A stretch of DNA of 64,000 nucleotides from the NCBI GenBank assembly GCA_016196545.1, contig JACPXM010000020.1, positions 4,168 through 68,167 on the forward strand, given 5' to 3'. Both the position numbers and the translations under genes were made by a program. Under the pieces are notes generated by a model. It ran no database searches. It had not been told where the DNA came from and saw only the letters and a program-made list of their open reading frames with translations. Source of the DNA: Candidatus Omnitrophota bacterium (GTDB taxonomy: Bacteria > Omnitrophota > Omnitrophia > Omnitrophales > Aquincolibacteriaceae). Shown one piece after another: positions 47,674-57,521 of the stretch. Within the stretch, counting starts at the first letter, position 1; each line of letters opens with the position of its first letter.

Positions 47674-48519
47674 ATGCAAATCGAGCAAAGGGGGCCGTAT
47701 CTGAGTTTTCAATGGATAGTTCCCCTCACTATTCTTCTTCTAAGTTTTACCCTCTGGGACGCCGCTTTGAAATCCTATCCCGCGATTTGCGGGGGATCTT
47801 TCGGTTGTCTTTATTTAGGTTTCGGTTTTTTGTTGTCTGGCGCGGTCGGATTTTGGATTCGTACTCGCGAATATCAGGAGAAGGTTCTGAAAGATGCTTT
47901 TCAGGAAAAAAGAAAACAACTGTCTGAGAAATTGAGAGACATGAATCATTCTGACCGTGCCACCTCCTTTCTTTATCAATGCTGTCAAGAGCTTCACACC
48001 TCCATTCATTTGGAGGAACTTCTTTCCCGCGTGATGGCACTGATTCATAAAGGGCTTCACGCGGACGAGGGTTCGGTGATGCTGCTTAACGAAAATAATA
48101 TGCTTTCCATCGCAGCCAGTTCCGGAATTCCGGAAGAAATCGCTCGTACGGTAAGGCTCAAACTTGGAGAACGCGTGGCGGGGAGGGCAGCACTGCTGCG
48201 CAAGGAATTTCTGCTGATTGAAGGGCTCGAGCATTACCCTGAATTCCGGGATATTCAAACAAATCCAAGAATCCGCTCTTCTATTGTGTGTCCCATGATT
48301 GCCAACTGCGAGCTTATCGGAGTCCTTACGTTGAATAGGACGCAAAACACAAAAAATTTTACAGTCACGGATTTAATGCATACTTCCGTGATAGCCTCCG
48401 AAATCGCCCAGGCCATCCAAAATACCAGGCTTCATGCAGTTCTTCAGAATAAAAACGAAGAGCTCGAAGCCGCCAGCCGCATGATTTTGGAGCTTAAAGA
48501 AAAAATCGGCGAAGTTTAA
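47674..48519 (+). CDS. membrane-anchored GAF-domain protein
   Basis: Two N-terminal TM segments, then a GAF-like core ...HADEGSVMLLNENNMLSIAASSG...GERVAGRAAL... The ATG at 47674 has a perfect aaaggag RBS. Confidence 0.55.
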   Translation: MQIEQRGPYLSFQWIVPLTILLLSFTLWDAALKSYPAICGGSFGCLYLGFGFLLSGAVGFWIRTREYQEKVLKDAFQEKRKQLSEKLRDMNHSDRATSFLYQCCQELHTSIHLEELLSRVMALIHKGLHADEGSVMLLNENNMLSIAASSGIPEEIARTVRLKLGERVAGRAALLRKEFLLIEGLEHYPEFRDIQTNPRIRSSIVCPMIANCELIGVLTLNRTQNTKNFTVTDLMHTSVIASEIAQAIQNTRLHAVLQNKNEELEAASRMILELKEKIGEV

Positions 48520-48576
48520 CCGTTTAGAGGGCACCTACCAGTTCATGCAATTGTCATTCTCCCGGCTACCTCCCCC
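48520..48576. repeat. inverted copy of the 45517-45560 repeat module
   Basis: Its reverse complement, gggggaggtagccgggagaatgacaattgcatgaactggtaggtgccc, is about 90% identical to 45509-45555. Confidence 0.55.
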
Positions 48577-48632
48577 TTGACAAATCGGTTAGAATACTCA
48601 GAAAATTGCCGATACCTTGGATACCTTGAATC

Positions 48633-49391
48633 ATGATTGACGTCAAAGATCTCACCATGCATTACGGCGGATTCGTTGCCCTAACAGGGGTTTCTTTCCA
48701 AGCCCGGGAAAAAGAAATTCTCGGACTTTTAGGGCCAAACGGCGCAGGCAAAACCACAGCCATGCGCATTTTAACCACTTACCTTTATCCCACGTCGGGC
48801 ACCGCGAAAGTCGACGGCCACGATATCTTGGAACATCCCGAGGAAGTCAGAAAGCGAATTGGATATCTTCCGGAAACGGCCCCTCTTTATCCGGATATGC
48901 AAGTCGAAGAATACCTTCAATTTGTGGGAAGCGCCCGGGGGCTGTCAAAGTCTGCCTTAATCGCAAGGCTTCGATGGGTTCGAGAGGCCTGCGGCTTGGA
49001 GGCGGTCTGGAAACATACTGTGAATGAACTCTCAAAAGGCTATCGACAAAGAACCGGACTTGCGCAGGCCTTGATCCATGATCCTAAAGTCCTCATTCTT
49101 GATGAACCCACCTCCGGACTTGATCCGCTTCAAATTATCGGAATCCGCGATTTGATCAAACAATTGGCCAAGGAAAAAACCATTATCTTTTCCACCCACA
49201 TCTTGCAGGAAGTGGAGGCCGTGGCCGACCGCGTCGTCATTATTAATGAAGGAAAAATCGTTGCGCAGGGCACACAAAAGGAATTGGCGGAAGAAGTGAG
49301 GACGCGCGGCCATCAGAAATCGGACCTGAATTTAGAAGACATTTTCATTTCGCTTTTAATGCCGAAAAAGAGGGAAAAACAGTCGGTATGA
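48633..49391 (+). CDS. ABC transporter ATP-binding protein (GldA-like)
   Basis: Walker A GPNGAGKTT, signature LSKGYRQR and Walker B LILDEPTSGLD. Confidence 0.85.
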   Translation: MIDVKDLTMHYGGFVALTGVSFQAREKEILGLLGPNGAGKTTAMRILTTYLYPTSGTAKVDGHDILEHPEEVRKRIGYLPETAPLYPDMQVEEYLQFVGSARGLSKSALIARLRWVREACGLEAVWKHTVNELSKGYRQRTGLAQALIHDPKVLILDEPTSGLDPLQIIGIRDLIKQLAKEKTIIFSTHILQEVEAVADRVVIINEGKIVAQGTQKELAEEVRTRGHQKSDLNLEDIFISLLMPKKREKQSV

Positions 49392-51913
49392 AGAGTTTGT
49401 CGAATATCCTTACCGTCTTCCGGCGTGAACTGAGCGCTTATTTTAACGCGGCCATTGCTTATATTTTCATCATCGTCTTTGTGCTTTTAAACGGCGGTCT
49501 TTTCATGACGCAATTTTTTGTGATTGACCGCGCGGACATGCGCCCCTTTTTCGGCACGCTCCCCTTTATCCTTTCTGTTTTTCTGCCCGCCGTTACGATG
49601 CGTCTTTGGGCGGAGGAAAAAAGAGGGAATACTCTGGAACTCCTTTTGACTTTTCCGATGGCTACCCATGAACTTGTCCTCGGAAAATTTCTGGCAAGTT
49701 TACTGTTCTATTTTACTGCGCTGGCCGGAACGTTCACGATCCCGGTCATGCTTTCCGTGATCAGCCGCCCCGATTTGGGGGTTGTCTTTGGAGGTTATTT
49801 AGGAGCAGCCCTTTTGGGGGCATTTTATCTTGCTATCGGAATTTTTATTTCGGGGCTTTGCCGCGATCAAATCGTTTCCTTCATTCTTTCCATGATGATT
49901 TGTTTCGGTCTCTTTTTGGTGGGAACGGAATTTTTGTCTTCTTCCATTGACGGCTGGATTCCCGGGCTCGGCTCCTTTTTCAGCCAATTTCTCGGCACCT
50001 CTTCTCATTTCGATTCCTTTGCCAAAGGCGTCATCGATGGCGGGGATCTCCTTTATTTTGTGATTGGGTCTTTGATCTTTCTTGTTTTAAACGGTTTTTG
50101 GTTGGAGGGCCGCATGAGGCCGCGTGCAAAGAGTATCTTTGCTACGGCCACGCTCATTTGCGCCGGGATTTTTCTTACTACCAACTGGCTTTTTGCCGGG
50201 GTTTCCATCGGTCGCTTTGATTTGACGGAAGGGAAAATCTATACGATTGCCCCCGCGACAAAAAAAATCCTTCGCGAGCTCAAGGCTCCTGTGACGGCCA
50301 AATTTTATGTTTCTCCAGTCGATAAAATGCCGACGGGAATGAAGACGATCGAACAGGATGTCCTGGACAAACTGGATGAGTTTAAAGTAGCCTCGGGCGG
50401 AAATTTTAACTACAAAATTTTTCGAATGGAAGCAGCGAACGTCGTGGAGGGAACGGGAAAGGCCGGCGAAGAATCCCTGGAAGAGCAGCTGCAAAAAAAA
50501 GGGATTCAACCCTTTCAGGTGCGGGCCATTGTTTCCGATGAAGTGGCGGTTCGTTTGATTTATTCCTCGATTAGCGTTGCCTACAAAGAAAAACCCGAGG
50601 AAATCATTGCGCGCGTTTATCCGGACAATTTGGATGAGCTGGAATACATGTTGGCTTCAAAGATTTACCGAATGACCTTATCCAGCATTCCAAAAATCGC
50701 GCTCGTGGCACCTTATGAAGAAAAAAGCGTGGAGCCGGAGGTGCAGGCCCTTCTCGCACAGCTCGGCGGCCAGGCCCCGGAGGCTTATCGCGAAGATAAC
50801 TATGAACTTCTTCCCCTGGCACTGGAATATGAAGGCTATGAAGTTTCGCGCATTCAACTCAATGAAAAAGAGTCCCTTCCCGAGGACGTCAAGACCGTTG
50901 TGATCGTAGAGCCTCGGGAACTCAATGAGCGCCAAAAATATGAGATCAGCCGATTCTTGAGCCGCGGCGGATCGGTCTTTCTCGCGGTTCAGAACTACGA
51001 ATATCAATACGCGCCCAGCGGCCGGGATCTTTCCATTTTCCCGAAAGAAAAAAAACCAGAGGTTAATCCCTTGCTTGAAAATTGGGGCCTGGAAGTGGAC
51101 GAACAAATTCTTGTGGACGAACAAAGCGATGTCATTAATTTAAGCGGGGCGGCCCGCCTGGGGCCCTTCGAGGTCTCGGTACCGGTCAAAGTCCCGATCC
51201 AGATTCTTATCACACAGGAACAAATGAATTCCCAAATTTCCGTGACTTCGAATCTCGCCTCTTTGTTTTATCTCTGGGGAACGGCGATCAAACCCAATGA
51301 AGAAAAAATAAAAGATCAGAAACTTAAAGTGGATACACTTTTTAGCTCAAGCCGCCAGTCCTGGACAGTGCCGTTTCAGTCCGGCTCCCTTCAACCCGCG
51401 CATTTAGAATATAAAGCCGAGAGCAGCCGAAAAGGGCCTTTCCCGCTTGCGGTCTATGTCCAGGGGATTTTTGCCGACGCTTACAAGGACAAGGCCGTTC
51501 CCGAATGGCCGAAAACAGAGCCTGCTGCCAGTGCTGAAGAAACCAAAGAAGAGGCCAAAAAAGAAGAGCTAAAATCGGAAGCGGTTCTGTCGCCTGCGCC
51601 GGGAAAGCTGATCGTGGTAGGTGCGGCCACGCTTTTTCAAAAACATCTCGTAAAGGGGGGAGGCAATCTTCAGTTATTTATGAATTCCGTGGATATCTTG
51701 AGCCTTGGAGAGGAGCTTGTCACGATTCGCTCCAAGCGCCCCATTGACCGCTCCGTCGGACGCGTTCCCTCCGCGGCCAAGATGGGTTGGAGATTTTTTG
51801 TCACGGTCTTAATTCCTGTGATCCTTGCGGTGCTGGGGGCCCTTCGCTTATTTCTGAGGCGCCAGACCAAAAGTCTTTATTTAAAATCCCTTCAAATCAG
51901 CTCTGTCTCATGA
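49388..51913 (+). CDS. fused ABC-2 permease (GldF-like) plus GldG-like auxiliary domain
   Basis: Six-TM ABC-2 N-terminal half, a large extracytoplasmic domain and a C-terminal TM anchor. Length 841 aa. ATGA coupling with the ATPase gene. Confidence 0.65.
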   Translation: MKSLSNILTVFRRELSAYFNAAIAYIFIIVFVLLNGGLFMTQFFVIDRADMRPFFGTLPFILSVFLPAVTMRLWAEEKRGNTLELLLTFPMATHELVLGKFLASLLFYFTALAGTFTIPVMLSVISRPDLGVVFGGYLGAALLGAFYLAIGIFISGLCRDQIVSFILSMMICFGLFLVGTEFLSSSIDGWIPGLGSFFSQFLGTSSHFDSFAKGVIDGGDLLYFVIGSLIFLVLNGFWLEGRMRPRAKSIFATATLICAGIFLTTNWLFAGVSIGRFDLTEGKIYTIAPATKKILRELKAPVTAKFYVSPVDKMPTGMKTIEQDVLDKLDEFKVASGGNFNYKIFRMEAANVVEGTGKAGEESLEEQLQKKGIQPFQVRAIVSDEVAVRLIYSSISVAYKEKPEEIIARVYPDNLDELEYMLASKIYRMTLSSIPKIALVAPYEEKSVEPEVQALLAQLGGQAPEAYREDNYELLPLALEYEGYEVSRIQLNEKESLPEDVKTVVIVEPRELNERQKYEISRFLSRGGSVFLAVQNYEYQYAPSGRDLSIFPKEKKPEVNPLLENWGLEVDEQILVDEQSDVINLSGAARLGPFEVSVPVKVPIQILITQEQMNSQISVTSNLASLFYLWGTAIKPNEEKIKDQKLKVDTLFSSSRQSWTVPFQSGSLQPAHLEYKAESSRKGPFPLAVYVQGIFADAYKDKAVPEWPKTEPAASAEETKEEAKKEELKSEAVLSPAPGKLIVVGAATLFQKHLVKGGGNLQLFMNSVDILSLGEELVTIRSKRPIDRSVGRVPSAAKMGWRFFVTVLIPVILAVLGALRLFLRRQTKSLYLKSLQISSVS

Positions 51914-53301
51914 AGCCGAAACAAATTATTTTTCTCGCCATTCTTTTCGGTGTTTTGGTGATTGCCGTGACCGTGAAAAATTTCCAGAAGCCCGCCGAGC
52001 TTGCAACCCAGGAATTTACCCCGTTGGACCTGTCGTTGAACGTGGATGAAATTGAAAAAATTGAAATTACAAAGCCTAAGAGCGGGGATGTGGAAAAGGA
52101 AGAATATGTGGAACTTCATAAAATGAAGGGCGAGTGGCGGGTTAAAAGCCTTTACGATGCCCGTGCAGAGGAGGACAAGGTGAAGGCCCTTTTGGAGGAG
52201 ATAAAAAATGCCAAAGGAGAGCTTCGGGCCCGCGACAAGGAATTGCATGCAGATTTCAAGATTAAGGAAGAAGAGGCCCTTGGGATCAAACTTTCCACAA
52301 GTTCGGGTGCGACGGCCCTTCATTTATTGGTGGGCATGCGCAAATCCGGTCAGATGATTTTTATCCGAAAAAGCGGGGAAGACACAGTCTATCTTACAGA
52401 AGCGGACCTTATGGGACAGGTGGGCCTTTTTGGGGATACGGATAGAGAAGGCCTCTCCAGTGACTTCTGGGCTTCCATGGTGCTTGCCGAGCCCGATCCT
52501 GAAAAAGTAGATAAATTTGAAATTCACCGGCTTGAAGGCGGGGACTTCATTTCAGCGAGCCTTGAAAAGGCGCCGGACCCTGCGGACGCCTCACGAAAGA
52601 TCTGGCAATTTTCACGTCCCCTTCAAAATCCGTTCAAGGCGGACCCGGAAAAGGTGAAGCTTTATCTTGAGAATATCAAAACATGGCGTGCCCAAAAGGT
52701 GCTGGACCCTCAGGCGAAGGATTACGGATTCTCAAAACCCCAATGGAAATTGATCATAACTCAAGAAGGCGGCCAAACCCTTGAGATTACGGCCCCAGCT
52801 CCGGATGAAACAACAAAGTCTTATCCGATGAAGGTCACCGATAAACCCGTGATTTTTCAATTGATTCATTATTATTTTGAAAATTTGGACGCCGATGACA
52901 GCCGTTTTTATACCGATGAAAATCTTTTGGGAATTGAAAATGAAAAGATCGTAAAACTCGTGATTTATGCCGGCAAAAAGGAAATGAAATTTAATCCGAA
53001 AGAAAGAACTTGGGACGCTTTAACGAATTATATGAATTCTCTGAAAAGCGATTTTCATATCAAACGTCTCCTCTTTCATCCTTCCGATCAGAAGAAAGTG
53101 CGGGCCAACGCAAGTACGTGGATAGAAATTCAAAAAGAAGGGGAAGCTTCTAAGTTTATCGATCTGGGTGATAAGATTTCTCCGGATTCACCGGAATACG
53201 CCGCCCAACTCCGGGGCACCGGTATACCGTTTGCGATCGAGGAATCGCTTTTTAAGAAATTGGTTGAAAATCTCGACCCGCTCGCCGAACCGAAGCCGTA
53301 A
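51910..53301 (+). CDS. DUF4340-like periplasmic protein with an N-terminal anchor
   Basis: Single N-terminal TM KQIIFLAILFGVLVIAV. ATGA overlap with the GldG-like gene, a gene order that often accompanies GldG. Confidence 0.45.
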   Translation: MKPKQIIFLAILFGVLVIAVTVKNFQKPAELATQEFTPLDLSLNVDEIEKIEITKPKSGDVEKEEYVELHKMKGEWRVKSLYDARAEEDKVKALLEEIKNAKGELRARDKELHADFKIKEEEALGIKLSTSSGATALHLLVGMRKSGQMIFIRKSGEDTVYLTEADLMGQVGLFGDTDREGLSSDFWASMVLAEPDPEKVDKFEIHRLEGGDFISASLEKAPDPADASRKIWQFSRPLQNPFKADPEKVKLYLENIKTWRAQKVLDPQAKDYGFSKPQWKLIITQEGGQTLEITAPAPDETTKSYPMKVTDKPVIFQLIHYYFENLDADDSRFYTDENLLGIENEKIVKLVIYAGKKEMKFNPKERTWDALTNYMNSLKSDFHIKRLLFHPSDQKKVRANASTWIEIQKEGEASKFIDLGDKISPDSPEYAAQLRGTGIPFAIEESLFKKLVENLDPLAEPKP

Positions 53302-54086
53302 TGCTTCGTTTCTTCATCAATTTTCTCATGACCTCCCTTATTTTTTTTCCTGAAAAAACACATTTCGAAACGCCCAAAGATTATGGACTTCTCTTTGAAG
53401 ATGTTTTCTTTAAAACGGCCGATGGGATTAAACTTCACGGCTGGTTTCTAGAAGCAAAACCAGACCCCGCCGGGGTTTTGCTTTTCTTCCACGGCAATGC
53501 CGGGAATATCTCGGGTCGTCTTTTCAAAGCAAAAGGATGGATTAAACGCGGTTATTCAGTCTTCTTGGCGGATTATCGCGGATACGGCAAAAGCGAAGGA
53601 AAAATCGATCACGAAGAGGACGTGACAAAGGACGCCCAAGCGGCTTGGAAATGGCTTCGGGAAGAAAATAAATTTACGGAAGAAAAAATAATTATTTTTG
53701 GCGAGTCTTTAGGCAGCCATCCCGCGATTCGCCTGGGAGGGCTTTACCGGCCCAAGGCGGTCCTTTTAGAAGCCCCTTTCACTTCCTTTATCGATCTTGC
53801 CAAACTTCATTATGGAGCCATTCCCGGCATTGATTTCCTAATGAGGGATTTTCAATTTCAAAATATAAATTTTATCTCCCAAATCAACGCTCCGCTTTTT
53901 ATTCTCCACGGGACATCGGATGAAACTTGTCCCTTTGAAATGAGTGAAAAGCTTATGGCCAAGGCCCCGGAACCCAAGGAACTTTTTTCAATTTCAAATG
54001 GATTTCACAATGATTTGCCCCAAAAATCCGGGGAGGCCTATTGGGATAAACCCGTCGAATTTCTTCAGAAAACCGGAAGTTTCTAG
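53301..54086 (+). CDS. alpha/beta hydrolase
   Basis: Nucleophile elbow GESLGS. Catalytic-triad spacing in HGTSDE...GFHND. Confidence 0.65.
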   Translation: MLRFFINFLMTSLIFFPEKTHFETPKDYGLLFEDVFFKTADGIKLHGWFLEAKPDPAGVLLFFHGNAGNISGRLFKAKGWIKRGYSVFLADYRGYGKSEGKIDHEEDVTKDAQAAWKWLREENKFTEEKIIIFGESLGSHPAIRLGGLYRPKAVLLEAPFTSFIDLAKLHYGAIPGIDFLMRDFQFQNINFISQINAPLFILHGTSDETCPFEMSEKLMAKAPEPKELFSISNGFHNDLPQKSGEAYWDKPVEFLQKTGSF

Positions 54087-54137
54087 CGGCCAAGATTCGC
54101 TTCGTCATTGCGCGTCATTGCCGGTACAATACCTCTT

Positions 54138-55403
54138 ATGAATTCACAAAAAAAATCATTCCTGATCATTGGCGGTGGGATTGTGGGGCTTGCCACAGCG
54201 CGCGAAATTTTGCTTCGTAACCCTGAAGCGAAAGTTACGGTTCTAGAAAAGGAATCACAAATTGCCCTGCATCAAAGTGGCCACAATAGCGGTGTTATTC
54301 ATTCCGGAATTTATTACAAGCCCGGCACCGAAAAGGCCAAGACTTGTCGCGAGGGGATTCGTCTCCTTCATGAATTCTGTGAGGAAAAAGGAATTGTGCG
54401 CCGGCGTGTGGGGAAATTAATTATCGCAATCTCGGAAGAAGAAAGACAGCGGCTTGGTCCGCTGAAGGAGCAAGGCCTTGCAAACGGGATTAAAGATATT
54501 AAGCAAGTCCGTCAAGACGAAATCAAAGGTTATGAACCTTCCGTTTCAGGAATTGAAGGAATCTATCTTCCGGAAGTCGCGCTTGTAGATTTTAAGGAGG
54601 TCAGTGAGGCGCTCAAGGCGGATATTGAAGCGCATGGCGGGGAAGTGGTCGTGCATCGTAAGGTGACGAAAATTGTGAGATTGCGAGATCGGACCCCTTT
54701 ACCTTTATCCTCTCCCCCTTTAAGGGGGGGAGGGCAGGGTGAGGGAGAAATTATTGTTCTTGCCGACAATTGCGAATACAAAGCCTCTTTCCTCATTAAT
54801 TGCGCGGGTCTTTACAGCGATAAAATTGCAAGGCTTTCCGGGCTTTACCCAAGAGTCCGAATCGTTCCCTTTCGCGGCGAATATTTCTGGCTCAATCCGG
54901 AAAAAGCAAAACTTATCCGAGGGCTTGTCTACGGGGTTCCCGATCCACGGCTTCCATTTTTAGGCATGCATTTAACTCCGACCTTGGAGGGACGCGTCAA
55001 AGTGGGACCCAATGCCGTCCTTGCCCTCGCGCGCGAAGGCTATTTTTCAAATCAAATCAACGCCCAAGAGACATTTGAACTTGTGGCTTCACCCGTCTTT
55101 TGGCGAATGGCATTACGTTATTGGAAAACAGGAATTTCTGAAGTGATTCATTCCCGGATGATGAATTTTTATCTGGCCACGCTTCGGAAATTTCTCCCCA
55201 CGGCGGAAATTTCAGATTTAACGCCGGGTCCTACGGGCGTGCGTGCGCAGGCCGTCGATGAAAAGGGCCAGCTCGTAAGTGATTTTTATTTTATGGAAGA
55301 GTCCGACGCCTGCCATGTCTTGAATGCCCCGTCTCCGGCTGCCACTGCTGCCCTCGCCATTGCCAAGCGCGTCGTGGATCAAATCAAGATGCAGGATTTT
55401 TAA
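54138..55403 (+). CDS. FAD-dependent oxidoreductase, L-2-hydroxyglutarate oxidase (LhgO)-like
   Basis: FAD motif SFLIIGGGIVGLATA. HNSGVIHSGIYY is typical of LhgO-like enzymes. Confidence 0.65.
   Translation: MNSQKKSFLIIGGGIVGLATAREILLRNPEAKVTVLEKESQIALHQSGHNSGVIHSGIYYKPGTEKAKTCREGIRLLHEFCEEKGIVRRRVGKLIIAISEEERQRLGPLKEQGLANGIKDIKQVRQDEIKGYEPSVSGIEGIYLPEVALVDFKEVSEALKADIEAHGGEVVVHRKVTKIVRLRDRTPLPLSSPPLRGGGQGEGEIIVLADNCEYKASFLINCAGLYSDKIARLSGLYPRVRIVPFRGEYFWLNPEKAKLIRGLVYGVPDPRLPFLGMHLTPTLEGRVKVGPNAVLALAREGYFSNQINAQETFELVASPVFWRMALRYWKTGISEVIHSRMMNFYLATLRKFLPTAEISDLTPGPTGVRAQAVDEKGQLVSDFYFMEESDACHVLNAPSPAATAALAIAKRVVDQIKMQDF
54694..54747. repeat. GC-rich palindromic element inserted in-frame in the LhgO-like gene
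   Basis: cccctttacctttatcctctccccctttaagggggggagggcagggtgagggag encodes RTPLPLSSPPLRGGGQGEGE. It shares the module ccctcaccc..ccctc with the acnA element. Confidence 0.5.
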
Positions 55404-55542
55404 ATTTCTTCTCTCCATGACTTTTCTTTTCTCTTCTCACGATGACGCTTATAGGATTTGTCGGAATCTTTGACGCGGGATTTGGGATTGATGCGCCAGA
55501 CGTGACGAGGTTTTGGAAGGGTCCGCTTCTTTTTTCGCTTTT

Positions 55543-56334
55543 TCATTTCCCGAGATTTTGATAAGGCTTCAGGACAGCGAGCATTTCCTCGTGAATGAAT
55601 CCGTTCGAGGCCACATTTTGTACGTCTTCTAAAGTCAGGGGATTTCCGGAAAAATTGCTCAGACATCCTCCGGCTTCAGCAACAATCAACATTGCCGCAG
55701 CCTTGTCCCAAGGATTCAATTTAACCTCGTAATAACCGTCAAAGCGCCCGCAGGCTACGTAGCAAAGGTCAAGGGCGGCCGCGCCAAGACGCCTCATCCC
55801 TTGAGTTTTCACAACGAAATCTTTAAACGGGGGGATATAGTCATTGATTTTTTCGCGGCGGTCATAGGGAAATCCGGTCACCACCAGAGATTCGTTAAGT
55901 GTGGAAATTCGCGAGACCGTAATCGGTTCTCCATTGAGGGTCGCGCCATTGCCGCGCTCGGCGAAAAAAAGTTCATTGCGGAAGGGATCTAAAATTCCGC
56001 CCATTTCCACCACCCCGTTTTCTTCATAAGCAATGGAAACACAGGCGATAGGAAAAGTGTGGGCAAAATTGGTAGTTCCGTCCAAAGGGTCAATAATCCA
56101 TCGCGATCGGGATTGTCCCATCGGGGGAGACTCCTCCGTCAAAAAGGCGTGATCCGGAAAAATGATTCGAATTGTATCAAGAATAATTTGCTCCGCTTTT
56201 TTGTCCGAAGCCGTAACAAGGCTGAGCTCCGATTTCTTTTGAACAACGTGGCGTTCACGCAGGGTGCATTTTAAATGCTTTCCTGAATCTGTGAGGGCCT
56301 TTAAGAGGGTCCTTTTAATTTTCTTCTTATTCAT
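55543..56334 (-). CDS. suhB: inositol monophosphatase family protein
   Basis: [17 protein letters not shown] metal-binding motif. Confidence 0.8.
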   Translation of the reverse strand: MNKKKIKRTLLKALTDSGKHLKCTLRERHVVQKKSELSLVTASDKKAEQIILDTIRIIFPDHAFLTEESPPMGQSRSRWIIDPLDGTTNFAHTFPIACVSIAYEENGVVEMGGILDPFRNELFFAERGNGATLNGEPITVSRISTLNESLVVTGFPYDRREKINDYIPPFKDFVVKTQGMRRLGAAALDLCYVACGRFDGYYEVKLNPWDKAAAMLIVAEAGGCLSNFSGNPLTLEDVQNVASNGFIHEEMLAVLKPYQNLGK

Positions 56335-56423
56335 ATAGAATAATCACTTTATTTAACAGAAATTCGCAAAAAGTCAAAAGAATTAAGAGCACTTTTGCCT
56401 TGTGCCCTTCTAAGGAGTTAGCT

Positions 56424-57521
56424 ATGAAATCCTATCGTGTAACCTTAATTCCCGGAGACGGTGTGGGTCCAGAAATCGCAGATACGGCCAGGGCCTGTAT
56501 CGATGCCACGGGCGTTGCCATCGACTGGGACATTCAGCATGCCGGCCTTGAGGTCATGGAAAAGGAAGGGACGCCGCTTCCGGAGCGCGTGATCGAATCT
56601 ATTCGTAAAAACAAGGTGGCGCTCAAATCCCCGATTACCACGCCGGTCGGCACCGGATTTCGTTCCGTGAATGTCGCACTTCGCAAGGAACTCGATTTAT
56701 ATGCCTGCCTCCGGCCCTGTAAATCTTATGAAGGCGTCCGGTCACGATATAAGAATATTGATCTTGTCATTGTGCGCGAAAATACCGAAGACCTTTATGC
56801 CGGCATCGAATTTCAAAAGGGTACCAAGGAGGTTCAGGAGATCATTGCCGCGATTGAAAAATATTCCGGAAAAAAAATACGTCCCGATTCAGGCGTCAGC
56901 ATTAAACCCATTTCCGTTTCGGGTACGGAACGCGTGGTAAAATTCGCGTTTGATTACGCACGCCAGTATAAACGTAAAAAAGTCACAGCAGTTCACAAGG
57001 CCAATATTATGAAATTCTCCGACGGCCTTTTTCTTGAAGTCGCGCGCGAAATCGCCAAAAAATACACGGACATTCAATTTGAAGACCGCATCGTTGACAA
57101 CATGTGCATGCAGCTTGTACAGGTGCCGGAACAATACGATGTCCTCGTTCTCCCGAATCTTTACGGTGATATTTTGTCGGATCTTTGCGCGGGTTTAATC
57201 GGAGGACTGGGCGTGGCTCCCGGCGCAAATATTGGAACCGACGGAGCCCTTTTTGAAGCAACGCATGGCTCCGCGCCTAAGTATAAAGGCCTTAATAAGG
57301 TCAATCCCACGGCCGTGATTCTTTCCGGCGTGCTGATGCTTCGCTATCTGGGTGAGACCCAGGCGGCGGACAGGCTGGAAAGGGCAATCGCCGAGGTGAT
57401 TCGAGAGGGTAAAAACGTGACTTATGATATGAAGGCCGATCGCAAGGATCCTACCGCCGTGGGCACGCGCGAAATGGGGCAGGCGATTATCGATAAAATG
57501 AAGAGAACTGTTAATGTCTAA
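56424..57521 (+). CDS. icd: NAD(P)-dependent isocitrate dehydrogenase (isocitrate/isopropylmalate dehydrogenase family)
   Basis: [14 protein letters not shown]-terminus. aaggag RBS. Lies next to mdh and acnA. Confidence 0.6.
   Translation: MKSYRVTLIPGDGVGPEIADTARACIDATGVAIDWDIQHAGLEVMEKEGTPLPERVIESIRKNKVALKSPITTPVGTGFRSVNVALRKELDLYACLRPCKSYEGVRSRYKNIDLVIVRENTEDLYAGIEFQKGTKEVQEIIAAIEKYSGKKIRPDSGVSIKPISVSGTERVVKFAFDYARQYKRKKVTAVHKANIMKFSDGLFLEVAREIAKKYTDIQFEDRIVDNMCMQLVQVPEQYDVLVLPNLYGDILSDLCAGLIGGLGVAPGANIGTDGALFEATHGSAPKYKGLNKVNPTAVILSGVLMLRYLGETQAADRLERAIAEVIREGKNVTYDMKADRKDPTAVGTREMGQAIIDKMKRTVNV

Noticed and set aside
48577-48610. TTGACA at 48577 as the promoter of the ABC ATPase gene.
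   Set aside because: No acceptable -10 hexamer at 16-18 nt spacing. It may be part of the repeat element rather than a promoter.
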